50,396 nt of DNA from a virus. Lineage: Duplodnaviria > Caudoviricetes. This document shows positions 38,178 to 47,559 of the stretch, in pieces. The notes under the pieces are model-generated. The model worked only from the letters and a program-made list of their open reading frames with translations. It was not told where the DNA came from and did not search any database. Made by a program: the position numbers and the translations under genes. The stretch spans positions 1-50,396 of the IMG/VR virus record IMGVR_UViG_3300036713_000334; one strand, given 5' to 3'. The first letter of the stretch is position 1. Each line of letters opens with the position of its first letter.

Positions 38178-40421
38178 ATGGCAATTCTTACAGATCCAGA
38201 TCAACTATCGCAAGGCGCAGTTGCTGCTGTTGCTGACCTAAGGTTTGGAGTCCAGACCACTGCGTCCGGCACCACGATTTCTCTTGACTCGGTCGGCGCT
38301 AATCTGCCTGCCGTGGCTGACAACGATTACATCGAAGTACGTAACGCGATCGACGTAAACAACAACGGTTTGTACCGGGTAGCTGACGCGACCCCTGCCA
38401 CCACAGCAATTGATGTGGTGAAGCTCACTGGATCTAACCCATCCGACTCTGGCGTGGACAATACTGCCGCTTCGGTTCTAGGTGACACAACCACCAAGAA
38501 AAACATTCACTTTGAGACTGCCGGCCGGGGTATTTATATCATCGAGCAGAACGGTCTCTCCGCAGATGGCGTAGAGCTGAATGCCATTTACTCATTCGCC
38601 AAGGAAGAGTGGAAAGACGACGACTTCCTCAGGCAGTTCCCGTTCCCCATGTTCGCGATTGACCTTGATGCTGGTAAGTATCAGGTCGGTACCGATGGCT
38701 CTAATCCGAATGGCTGGCAGTTCGCTGCCGATAACACTGTCGATGGAACGATCCGTACCAGGAAGCTAATCAGAACAGGTGGCTGGTCGCACGTTGATAA
38801 CAACGGCGTCACCGCACAAATTTACTCAGGCATAATCACCCTGGGTAGCTTCGAAGATGAGACACCGAGCACTGGTGACTTGGCTTACTACCACTTTGGT
38901 ACCGACGTCACGACTGACCTATCCGTCAACTTCGACTTCACTGGCCCAGTTAACGAAGCCATCCTAGCGTACAATGAGATCGGTAACCCTGCCACATTCA
39001 CCTTTGTAGATGGTGCAGGTGGGGACGACACAGTCACTCGTGCATCAGGATCGTTTATCACTGATGGGTTTGTAGTCGGCGGCAAGATGGTTGTGCGTAG
39101 CGCAAGCACGCCTGCGAACGACGGCAGCTACACTATCACTGGTGTTGCGGCCCTCACACTGACGTTTGCCACAGCCTCGTTCAACACAGGCGAGGCCGAT
39201 ACATCTGCGCAGATCGCATTCGATAACAGAGACAACTTCCAGATTAAGCTGCGTGTACGTGATGGTGACACGAACGGTAAGACGTTCGACTCGTCCTCGC
39301 TGACAGCTGCTGGTGTTGCCAAGCTCAACAACTTTGTCTTCCGCTTCCCGCTAGCCAACGCTACCGACCTGAAGATTCTTGCAACTGATGTACTGATTGA
39401 CTCTAACTCCGACGGTACGCCTGACGGTGATTACCTTGGCATGACGATCACGTACTACGCCACGCCGCAGAACCAGACAACTCTTGTTGGTGGTAACTAC
39501 GACTTCGGTATCATCCTCGATGCGAATGGAGGCACGGCCCAGGAACTTTACGAGTTCGTCCAATGGTCACTTCGATCTACTGGTGGCAACGGCACCGGTG
39601 ACATCGACAACGACGCTGACACCAAGATTGGTCGTCTTATGGGTGACCTCCTATCATTCGAGGGCGACACACTGGTTGCCGGAGCGGGCTCTGCTAACCC
39701 AGACGGTGGCGGAACTGGCGTATACGTCACCAATATCGCTGCTGCTGACCAGAACAACCTACGCCTGGTGGACAACACTGGCGTACGTAGGTCATTCCCG
39801 GAAACGATCTCGATCACACTCGACTTCAACGCCGCTCTCATCAACGATACCGTTGCAGAGTACGTCCTTTACTACGACCGCACGATCCGCACGACTACCG
39901 CAGACTTCGTTCTCACCTCAGGTACAGGCCCAGCTGGCACGATCACTTCAGCTGGCACCAATTTGCCGGACAACGCTGAGCTATCAGTTAACGACTACAT
40001 CAGGGTCGCCGGGCTTACCGGTGGTGACGCCGCGATGAATGGTGTCTACCAGATCACTACGGAAACTACGCCAGGTGCCTCGTGGGCAGTTCTCAGGTAC
40101 GACGGAGCAGACACTGTATCTGTAGCATCTGGATCCGCCTTCGTTGATCAGAACCCGATCGACTCCCCAGATGCAATCATAGTGCAGGATGACACGCCGG
40201 TAAACGTGGCGGGTGTTGCTTCCTCTGACTTCAACTTCGCTTACGACTTCGATGCAAACGTACAGGGTGGCAGAGTGGTGTCTACTGAGACATTCGTTGT
40301 CGCTCGAGCTCTTGGTCTCGACGGAGCTCAGTTCATTCAGTCAGGTGTCCAGTCGATTGCCTCTGGCACTCCGCTTACCATCGTACTAACGGCTTCGAAC
40401 GAACTGAACTACGTAACATAA
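38178..40421 (+). CDS. large acidic virion-type structural protein (747 aa)
   Basis: T/G/D/N-rich beta composition; three copies of a DxIxV...NGxYxI/V small-barrel repeat. Confidence 0.6.
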   Translation: MAILTDPDQLSQGAVAAVADLRFGVQTTASGTTISLDSVGANLPAVADNDYIEVRNAIDVNNNGLYRVADATPATTAIDVVKLTGSNPSDSGVDNTAASVLGDTTTKKNIHFETAGRGIYIIEQNGLSADGVELNAIYSFAKEEWKDDDFLRQFPFPMFAIDLDAGKYQVGTDGSNPNGWQFAADNTVDGTIRTRKLIRTGGWSHVDNNGVTAQIYSGIITLGSFEDETPSTGDLAYYHFGTDVTTDLSVNFDFTGPVNEAILAYNEIGNPATFTFVDGAGGDDTVTRASGSFITDGFVVGGKMVVRSASTPANDGSYTITGVAALTLTFATASFNTGEADTSAQIAFDNRDNFQIKLRVRDGDTNGKTFDSSSLTAAGVAKLNNFVFRFPLANATDLKILATDVLIDSNSDGTPDGDYLGMTITYYATPQNQTTLVGGNYDFGIILDANGGTAQELYEFVQWSLRSTGGNGTGDIDNDADTKIGRLMGDLLSFEGDTLVAGAGSANPDGGGTGVYVTNIAAADQNNLRLVDNTGVRRSFPETISITLDFNAALINDTVAEYVLYYDRTIRTTTADFVLTSGTGPAGTITSAGTNLPDNAELSVNDYIRVAGLTGGDAAMNGVYQITTETTPGASWAVLRYDGADTVSVASGSAFVDQNPIDSPDAIIVQDDTPVNVAGVASSDFNFAYDFDANVQGGRVVSTETFVVARALGLDGAQFIQSGVQSIASGTPLTIVLTASNELNYVT

Positions 40422-40436
40422 TCGGGGAGTACCAAG

Positions 40437-40811
40437 GTGTTCTTCGTAGCAGCACAGAAGGAGCCTGGGTTTTCTGAAGAGCAGAACTACCTTGAGCGCC
40501 GAGTCTATAAGCAGACCATCGGCGCTTACGGTGGTCGCTTGTTCTTTGAGGACAACATAGGCGACATCATCGCTAAGTACAGGGGAGAGATCCCCCTGGT
40601 TTTCCTCACTCCTAATCCTTGGAATGCTGTAGACTTACGGGAGTTCGAGCATCCAGAGGAGTGCCTGTATATATTTGGATCCTGCACTGAGGACTTGGAG
40701 AAATACATTCAGGATAGAGACCACAGGGTTAACATAGTCACCCCAAACAACACTGACATGTTTGGCTGTGGGTGCCTCGGGATCGTACTGGCGCATAGAT
40801 ATGAGCACTGA
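40437..40811 (+). CDS. minimal SPOUT (TrmH/SpoU-like) methyltransferase-fold protein
   Basis: DLREFEHPEECLYIFG...VNIVTP...LGIVLAHR matches the spacing of the SpoU knot region; GGGGAG RBS. Confidence 0.6.
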   Translation: MFFVAAQKEPGFSEEQNYLERRVYKQTIGAYGGRLFFEDNIGDIIAKYRGEIPLVFLTPNPWNAVDLREFEHPEECLYIFGSCTEDLEKYIQDRDHRVNIVTPNNTDMFGCGCLGIVLAHRYEH

Positions 40812-42369
40812 CAACAGAACACTACTCAATGGCGCTGAAGCTGATACCGACTCTTGGGCCGGCGATGACGCTGTCACTGACACCAGTGCTGCGGGTGATT
40901 ACTATCAAGGTACTCAGGGTCTTAGTACCCAGCTATCCAACGCGTTGGAGCGCATGACCTGTTCCACGATCGGCGGCACACGGGATATGTCTGACGCCTC
41001 TGTGTGGTTCCTCGCGAAAGACAACTTGCAGAGCGCAAAGTCTGCTGGGGGTGGTCAAGTCGTACTGTCTGACGGCACAGATGAAATCGGATTCTATTGC
41101 AACGGCAATGACTCCCCTGGGTTAGCGTTACCCTCGTACTACAACTGTCTGAAGCTCGACGTATCCAACCGTGGCGCTCTGAGCAGCAATGCCTACACAG
41201 GTTCCGCCGGGGCATTGACAGTCGCGTCGATCACTGGTGTTGGCTACGGTTCACTTCACCAGTCCAAGGCTAACGGTGCTATCGACAACGTATGGATGGA
41301 TGCTTCGTACTTCATTGTCAACACCAGCTATGCGTTGACCATTAACGCCGGTACAGTCGGTACTCCAGAGACGTGGAGTGATGTTTCTGGTGACGATGTA
41401 ACGAATGGTTGGGGCATGGTCTCGAACCTTCAGGGATCAAAGTACGACATCAATGCTTCATGGGAGTGGGGCGACACAGCCAATGCTGACAGTTACTTTG
41501 AAGACTCCAACTTTCAGATCTTTATTGACGCTCGTGACATGGGCACTGGGAACTTCCTTGTTCGCACCATTGCAGGCACAGGCACGAACTCACTGGTACT
41601 AGAGTCCGGCTTGTTCCAGAACTTAGGTACTCCCGCGGTATGGGATTTGTCTGATGCAGACATGAACATATTTGAGTGGACCTCTATTACGTGGACTGAT
41701 GCCGGGGCGCTGACATTCCCCGTGGATGGAGGCACCAGCCGGTTTGCTAATACTTGTATCTTTAACAACTGTGGACAAGTAGATTTTCAGTCGCTTGTTG
41801 TTACAGACTGCACCTTTAACGGATCGACTAATGCCGATGGGGCAATAATCTGGGATGCTGACGATGGATCCGAAGAGAACCAAACCGGACTCATCTTCAA
41901 CTCTGATGGGACTGGCCATGCGATCGTAATTACCGCGCCTGGCACATACAACATCGATGGTTATGTATTCAACGGCTACGCAGCACAAGGCGGCACGGCC
42001 GCTAACCGTGCCATCTATAACAACTCTGGTGGCGCAGTTATCATCAACGTATCAGGTGGGCTAACCCCATCCTACCGTGACGGAACAAGTGCTACGACGA
42101 CAGTCAATAACAACGTTACTGTGACATTCAGTGGCCTGGCGCTCAACACAGAAGTAAGAGTTTACGCTACAACAGGTGGTGCTGAGCTAGCTGGGATTGA
42201 GGACTCTGGTACCACCTTTGGGGCCTCTGTTGCGGGTGGTACAGATGTGTACTACACTATTCATAACGTAGAGTACGAGCATATCCGAGTTGAAGACTTT
42301 ATCTGGCCGGCTAGCGCAACGACAATACCGATCCAGCAGCGCTTCGACAGCAACTATAAGAACGACTAA
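40801..42369 (+). CDS. virion-type structural protein with beta-helix-like repeats
   Basis: ATG at 40801 overlaps the upstream gene end; CIFNN/CTFNG/LIFNS/YVFNG repeats; C-terminal Ig-like segment. Confidence 0.55.
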   Translation: MSTDNRTLLNGAEADTDSWAGDDAVTDTSAAGDYYQGTQGLSTQLSNALERMTCSTIGGTRDMSDASVWFLAKDNLQSAKSAGGGQVVLSDGTDEIGFYCNGNDSPGLALPSYYNCLKLDVSNRGALSSNAYTGSAGALTVASITGVGYGSLHQSKANGAIDNVWMDASYFIVNTSYALTINAGTVGTPETWSDVSGDDVTNGWGMVSNLQGSKYDINASWEWGDTANADSYFEDSNFQIFIDARDMGTGNFLVRTIAGTGTNSLVLESGLFQNLGTPAVWDLSDADMNIFEWTSITWTDAGALTFPVDGGTSRFANTCIFNNCGQVDFQSLVVTDCTFNGSTNADGAIIWDADDGSEENQTGLIFNSDGTGHAIVITAPGTYNIDGYVFNGYAAQGGTAANRAIYNNSGGAVIINVSGGLTPSYRDGTSATTTVNNNVTVTFSGLALNTEVRVYATTGGAELAGIEDSGTTFGASVAGGTDVYYTIHNVEYEHIRVEDFIWPASATTIPIQQRFDSNYKND

Positions 42370-43655
42370 TGGCTACTGTATTTGATGGAGACACCCTCAC
42401 GATCACCCTGTCGGCACCGACAGCAGGTGTGCTTGAGCTGGCCGTCAGCAGGTTGTACTCTGAGTGGAAAGAATGGCAGCTCGCTAGCTTCCAGAACGTG
42501 GGGTATCCGCCAGCGTTTCGTGTCGTCGGCGGCGATGACCTGACCCCAGGTATTAAGGCAGGAGCGTACTACTTCCTGCGTAACGACCTCGGCTGGCGCA
42601 TTAAGTCCACCGAAGAAGACCAGACTATTTATATTGAGGGGAACCTGGCACCGCAGAACGCGGCCCTCGAAGTAGCCAAGCCGACAACGGGTGACTTCAC
42701 AGTAGCGTTCCTTGGCCTACAGCCAATCACACAGAACGTGGGCGACATACTCGAGATAACACAGGCGAACCAGTACGGTGGTGCTGTGTTCTACGACGAA
42801 AGTGCAGTGACCTCCGGCACAGCACGCCCTTTTGGCACAGCATCCTCCCCGGTTAATAACGAGGCCGACCTGCTAGTTGTCGCGGCCAGGGAAAACATCA
42901 GGGTTGCGAAGATCAACGGGTCGCTAACGATGACGCAGGCTTACGATGACTGGGCTTTTGAGGGTGACAGCCCAGAGAGTGACCAAGTTATACTGAATGG
43001 GCAGAGTGTAAATCACTCAGCCTTCTCTGAGCTACGTATCGATGGCGATGGAGCGGGCAGTATAGTGTCAATATCTGGCTGTTCGTTACACGGTGTCTCA
43101 GGACTTGGCGGCAACTGGAGGCGCGTCGGCATTGCAAGCACACTGACCCTGACCACCATTCAAACAACCTTACATCACTCTTACTCTGAAGTCCCAGGCT
43201 CCGGCCGGCCAGTAGTAGATGGCAACAACGTGGCCGTGGACTGTGCGTTCCGCGGCTGGATAGGTGGGATGGAGGTAACACGACTGTCTGCTGGTAGCAT
43301 GACAATAGACGGCGATCCGGTGCGACTGAGGTTTACTGCCTCATGCACCAACGCGGCGGAATGTGTCGCAGGCGGCAGTGGCATCCTCGACGGAAACTTG
43401 GGCACGATCGTACCACTTACTTCGAGCTTCATATCTGAGCCCACGATTGCTACTGAAGTCATGGCAGCAAACGTCGAAGCTACGTATTCGCTGCAAGATG
43501 TGTTGAGATTACTGGGCGCAATCGCCGCAGGCGATATTACGCAACAGCTTGACGGAAGTTATGTGATTAAGGGTCTGGACGACAGCACCAGTAGGATTCT
43601 GGGGCAACTGGCTACCAACAATGGCCGCAACGTGACTAGCCGCAACGTAGCATAA
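42369..43655 (+). CDS. virion-type structural protein
   Basis: TAATG coupling; LYSEWKEW..PPAFR..GWRI N-terminal domain, beta-helix-like middle, LQDVLRLLGAIAAG C-terminal domain. Confidence 0.55.
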   Translation: MATVFDGDTLTITLSAPTAGVLELAVSRLYSEWKEWQLASFQNVGYPPAFRVVGGDDLTPGIKAGAYYFLRNDLGWRIKSTEEDQTIYIEGNLAPQNAALEVAKPTTGDFTVAFLGLQPITQNVGDILEITQANQYGGAVFYDESAVTSGTARPFGTASSPVNNEADLLVVAARENIRVAKINGSLTMTQAYDDWAFEGDSPESDQVILNGQSVNHSAFSELRIDGDGAGSIVSISGCSLHGVSGLGGNWRRVGIASTLTLTTIQTTLHHSYSEVPGSGRPVVDGNNVAVDCAFRGWIGGMEVTRLSAGSMTIDGDPVRLRFTASCTNAAECVAGGSGILDGNLGTIVPLTSSFISEPTIATEVMAANVEATYSLQDVLRLLGAIAAGDITQQLDGSYVIKGLDDSTSRILGQLATNNGRNVTSRNVA

Positions 43656-43689
43656 CGCCGGCCCACGGTCTTATACCGTAGAAAAAAAA

Positions 43690-43890
43690 TTACTCCAGGA
43701 CAAAGTCCGGGTCGAAGTCAACAACAACTTCGTCCACTGGCTCGATGCTGTGTAACGATGGGCGAGACGCTAAGCTATCTGGGCCGTACGCTGCAAGCAT
43801 CGTGGACACCTGGTTGTGAGCGGCTTGCACATCAGAAGCTTCGATAAAATGCTCCTGCGGAACCATCATCGTGACCTTATATCTTTTCAT
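43690..43890 (-). CDS. hypothetical protein
   Basis: ATG at 43890 with GGAG RBS; last gene of the - strand run. Confidence 0.55.
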   Translation of the reverse strand: MKRYKVTMMVPQEHFIEASDVQAAHNQVSTMLAAYGPDSLASRPSLHSIEPVDEVVVDFDPDFVLE

Positions 43891-44185
43891 TTCCGTACTC
43901 CCACTCGAGTAACAGCTCGAGATAATGTATCGCCTTCTCAATGTCTTGACGACCATTCTTTTGTCGGTGTCGTGTCACGTACTTAATGACATTTCCTTCA
44001 ATAAACGGGATCTCGTTTATATGAATAAACTCGGTAGGTTGCATCTTGAAGCTTGCGTAATGCTCACCACCGACCTGCACTTGGCTCGGCAAATCTTTCA
44101 TGGGGGCTATTTTACCTTGTCTTGTACACTCAGGGCAAGCTTCTCTAGTCCATGGAAATGCATGATCCTCTGGGTCATGACTCAT
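43877..44185 (-). CDS. DUF3310 protein (T7 gp1.7 nucleotide kinase-like family)
   Basis: QVGGEHY..QP..GNVIKYVTR..KNG.QDIEKAIHYL. Confidence 0.85.
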   Translation of the reverse strand: MSHDPEDHAFPWTREACPECTRQGKIAPMKDLPSQVQVGGEHYASFKMQPTEFIHINEIPFIEGNVIKYVTRHRQKNGRQDIEKAIHYLELLLEWEYGNEKI

Positions 44186-44675
44186 CACTGTCAATTTGCT
44201 CCTGTCTCCAGCGTTCGTATGCTGCGTCTTCGTCCTCTGTTAAGTCATCCACTTGCATCCAATCCAAATCTTCGTATTGAACGCCGTCCGTGATGCTGCA
44301 GGGCATCTTCTCAGTCATAACGTATCTCCAGTCATAACGTGTCTCCTTGTAATTAACCATCACTTTATATGCAAGGTACGACCACCATGTCTTTGTCAGG
44401 AATGTCGTTTCAGTTAATTTCATTGCCGCGTCTGCCCAGCGGGGCACAAACTCCCAGTCAAAACAGTCATCAAAGCCAAGCACGTCTTGTGCCCATTGGT
44501 AGCTGCCTTCAATGTCTTCCGCAAAGTCAATACACATCATCCTGGCAGTCGCTGCGCCTTCTCCGCCGCGGAGCCAGTCGAACAGCGCGTCGTCTCCGTT
44601 AGCTCTGCGAAGTAAACACTCCTCCCAAAGGCACATTGCCGCCTCACACTCTTTATAACTCTTAGGCATGTCCAT
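44175..44675 (-). CDS. hypothetical protein
   Basis: 166 aa, acidic and Trp-rich, overlap-coupled. Confidence 0.6.
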   Translation of the reverse strand: MDMPKSYKECEAAMCLWEECLLRRANGDDALFDWLRGGEGAATARMMCIDFAEDIEGSYQWAQDVLGFDDCFDWEFVPRWADAAMKLTETTFLTKTWWSYLAYKVMVNYKETRYDWRYVMTEKMPCSITDGVQYEDLDWMQVDDLTEDEDAAYERWRQEQIDSDES

Positions 44676-45030
44676 GCTCCTGTAATGCTATTGCCCAATC
44701 ATAAGAATCAATCTTCATGTACTTCGATAAAAATACTTTCGAACGGGGTTTCTCCCGTACCCTGTTTATAGTCACACGACAGACGACTATGTCGGATGTA
44801 TCTTTGAACCTTCCGAGATAGTCTACACATTGCTCCTTTGTGGGGAGAACATGCCACCCGGACGTGAATCCGGGTGACTTGCCCTTCTTACCGGGGTTCC
44901 ACACATGCTTCTCTACGGCTTCGAGGAGTTTATCTTGTGGCAGCTTCCGGCTACCACAATGACCGTGGAAAAGTGTGTGTGGTTGCCCGTCCTTCACACG
45001 GAGTAACCTATAAGCTGAGGTCATCTTCAC
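44662..45030 (-). CDS. hypothetical protein
   Basis: AYRLLR..TLFHG..GFTSGWH motif; coupled to the DUF932 stop. Confidence 0.6.
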   Translation of the reverse strand: MKMTSAYRLLRVKDGQPHTLFHGHCGSRKLPQDKLLEAVEKHVWNPGKKGKSPGFTSGWHVLPTKEQCVDYLGRFKDTSDIVVCRVTINRVREKPRSKVFLSKYMKIDSYDWAIALQEHGHA

Positions 45031-46046
45031 GCTGCTATTTCCAACGCCTTGCTGAATGCTTTCGCTTTTAGCTGTGCACCTTGGCCAAACGATGCGCTGT
45101 CAAACCTGCGATCGGTACGCCCTCGGCGAGCGTGATCTGTGAAGTAGCTTACTGCGTTCACGAGTCCCCAAGTGGTATTGTGAGAAGAGATAAAGTCGGA
45201 ACCAGGTCCGGACTCGTAGAACGACAGCAGCTTCTTAGTAGTCTGTAACTGTCTGCCACTTGCTTCTTCATCAACATCCAGCAGCTCAAGAAAGAAGTCG
45301 ACTGCCTGGCGCTTAGTAACTTTGTAATCTGCCAGCTTGGTCACGTTCTCTTGGAAGTTACCCCAGCCTTCTGTGTTCAACTTGCCCATCAAACCGAGCT
45401 GCTCTTTGATTGCATCAGCATCGAACTCACTGCTGTGCGGAATCTTGACTACACCTGCAGAGCTTTGCCCTTCAAGAGACCAACTTAGCGTGTTCCAGCA
45501 CACTACACGTACACTTGTGAACTGCGCAGTGGTACTGAACTTGCCGTCGTAAGATGTAGCTAACATCAAGTAGCCCTCTACCTTGTCTCCGTCAATCTCG
45601 AAGTCTTTACCGGTCTTAGCTAGCGCCCACACACGGTTGCCGTCTTTGAGTACCCCGGCAGTGTGAATCTCGAAGCCTTGGTCTTCAACCAGGTCACGGA
45701 AGAACTCCATAACTTCTCGAGGCTGCACTACGTTGTATCGATCGGACACAATAGACAAGATGCCGTCTGTGTCGCTACGTGTCAGGATCTTCTTGCCAGG
45801 GATAGGTTTGAACGAGAGAAAGTTCTGGGCGGCAAGCCGTTTGACTGACGCTCCTATGTTCTCGTTGGTAATCCACCTGTTGTTAAAGATAGGAGACTCT
45901 GTAACCTCGTAATCCATACCTGCTCTAGTAAGCCAGGTTTCAAGTGGCTGCCCCGGATCCAGTCGCTCTCCGTATCCATGCCAAGGTGTCTCTCCGGTGT
46001 AGGCGATTGCTGCTACGCCCTTTGTAAAATCTAACTCATGACTCAT
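45027..46046 (-). CDS. DUF932 family phage/plasmid protein
   Basis: TPWHGYG, VSDRYNVVQP, ATSYDG, VRVVCWNTL and TWGLVNAV motifs. Confidence 0.85.
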   Translation of the reverse strand: MSHELDFTKGVAAIAYTGETPWHGYGERLDPGQPLETWLTRAGMDYEVTESPIFNNRWITNENIGASVKRLAAQNFLSFKPIPGKKILTRSDTDGILSIVSDRYNVVQPREVMEFFRDLVEDQGFEIHTAGVLKDGNRVWALAKTGKDFEIDGDKVEGYLMLATSYDGKFSTTAQFTSVRVVCWNTLSWSLEGQSSAGVVKIPHSSEFDADAIKEQLGLMGKLNTEGWGNFQENVTKLADYKVTKRQAVDFFLELLDVDEEASGRQLQTTKKLLSFYESGPGSDFISSHNTTWGLVNAVSYFTDHARRGRTDRRFDSASFGQGAQLKAKAFSKALEIAA

Positions 46047-46419
46047 AGTCGTCTTCCTCATCATTGGTATCTACAACACGGTCTCCGAAATGGAGCCGTC
46101 CGTCTTTCTCGGTACATCTAAACTCTTCATTCATGTGCACTACTGCCCCGCTCATCTCAGCGCATCCCCGGTCACATAGGACGAGGGGAATAGCACCGAT
46201 CGACCCGGAGTCAACAGGAAGGTTCACTCCTTCGAAAGGGTACTGTCCGTCACCATACTTCGTGTAGAACGCTGCGCATGTGTGTCCATCGAAATCAAAC
46301 ATGCCACCTCGCGCTCCGTACTCAGTAGTTGCCCAGAACTCCCCAAGGTAGTCGTCCCATTTACTGATCACGTAGCAAGGATCACCTATGTAATACTTTC
46401 CGGCTGGGAGCTTATCCAT
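46036..46419 (-). CDS. hypothetical protein
   Basis: YYIGDPCYV..T.YGDG.Y..VDSGSIG conserved-looking motif. Confidence 0.65.
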   Translation of the reverse strand: MDKLPAGKYYIGDPCYVISKWDDYLGEFWATTEYGARGGMFDFDGHTCAAFYTKYGDGQYPFEGVNLPVDSGSIGAIPLVLCDRGCAEMSGAVVHMNEEFRCTEKDGRLHFGDRVVDTNDEEDDYES

Positions 46420-47087
46420 TCTTCAAACCTCTTTGTCTTTGCGCCATGCGCTTCAATTACGATGTGAGACTTACGTCCCTGTGATGTGCCGTTGCACGCT
46501 CCGCACTCCATGCATGTCAGCTTCTTACCTCCTTCCTCGCTAGCAGGACATATGACTTCGTCACGTCGTGACTTAGTTCCTAAGCGGAACGTGCGCCATC
46601 CTCTGTCTCTTGCTTCTAAGGCTTCGGCTTCAGTGTCAACACTGGCCATGCAGTAGTGCTTGTGTAGGGGGTCACAGGTCTTCCACTGATGTGTATAACC
46701 TGTGACCATCGAAGCCTGGAAGCCAATGGCATCCCAGACCTCGAAAGGAACCGCAGCGGGGTCTCCATATGCACCAAACCTCACTGGTTTCCCAGCAAAG
46801 CTGTCTGAGCTGAATAATGGATATCCGCCGCGCTTCCACGACTCCCAGATAGACCGAGGTCCCTGGAAGGTCGTTACATAGCACCACTTACCTCTCGCTG
46901 GGCAATCCCCGCAGACTGCTGCATCATTGCCGCTCTTGACCGCAGTATGTGGTGCTTCGTTTTGGGCCAGGATCCAAGTCTGAATCATCGGCCCAGTTTT
47001 GCGATTGGTCGAGGGGGTTACCATTCCTGTCGCAATCGCTACTATCGGGTCGCCGTTTAGCAACGACGGTCCTTCGTAAATAATCAT
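46386..47087 (-). CDS. Cys-rich phage protein (Gp88/radical-SAM-like, uncertain)
   Basis: NRKTG, CGDC...CYV, RFGAYGDP, GYTHQW, ASVD and CPAS..CMECGAC motifs; GGAG RBS. Confidence 0.6.
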   Translation of the reverse strand: MIIYEGPSLLNGDPIVAIATGMVTPSTNRKTGPMIQTWILAQNEAPHTAVKSGNDAAVCGDCPARGKWCYVTTFQGPRSIWESWKRGGYPLFSSDSFAGKPVRFGAYGDPAAVPFEVWDAIGFQASMVTGYTHQWKTCDPLHKHYCMASVDTEAEALEARDRGWRTFRLGTKSRRDEVICPASEEGGKKLTCMECGACNGTSQGRKSHIVIEAHGAKTKRFEEWISSQPESIT

Positions 47088-47100
47088 AGTTTCTCCGAAT

Positions 47101-47125
47101 AAAAAAAAAGCCCTCCGAAGAGGGC
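47101..47125 (-). terminator. rho-independent terminator
   Basis: On the - strand, GCCCTC-TTCG-GAGGGC followed by T9. Confidence 0.9.
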
Positions 47126-47155
47126 CAAGCGTTGCCGGCTGGGGGGTTGCCGGGC

Positions 47156-47347
47156 TTAGGCGGGCATTAGCGCACGTTTTATATCTTCGGCTGCACCGCG
47201 AGTGGTGAAATCACCAATGCAATGCGCGAAGCCGGCGTCATCATGCCCGTAAATCGAGAAGAAATCCGCAAGCTCATCGTCTTCAACGACTTCACATGCA
47301 TCTGCTACCTCTCGTACGCCCCTCACTTCCAGTCTTTCAAACTTCAT
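47156..47347 (-). CDS. hypothetical protein
   Basis: GGAG RBS and ATGA overlap. Confidence 0.55.
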   Translation of the reverse strand: MKFERLEVRGVREVADACEVVEDDELADFFSIYGHDDAGFAHCIGDFTTRGAAEDIKRALMPA

Positions 47348-47559
47348 TGTTCTCCTTCTGTGGTTGGCGCGTATTGCCTCTTAGCTTTTGGTATAAGAGC
47401 TATCATTTGATTAACTTCACTCAACTTTGCCATAGCGCCGTCGAGCGTGCGAAAGTACCAAGGTCCATAGACAACCTGGTTGTGATACTTTCTCACCCGG
47501 TAGCGTCGACGGGGTACCTCGTACCAGAGGCCTTTGGGGAAGCGCGATAATTCTTTCAT
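47344..47559 (-). CDS. small basic protein, possibly AP2-like DNA-binding
   Basis: KGLWY..RRRYRVR..YF.TL..A pattern. Confidence 0.45.
   Translation of the reverse strand: MKELSRFPKGLWYEVPRRRYRVRKYHNQVVYGPWYFRTLDGAMAKLSEVNQMIALIPKAKRQYAPTTEGEQ

Noticed and set aside
43670-43690. Bidirectional terminator at the convergent junction
   Set aside because: The hairpin ACGGT-cttat-ACCGT is followed by an A run on + and preceded by the T run on -, so neither strand has a canonical U tail.
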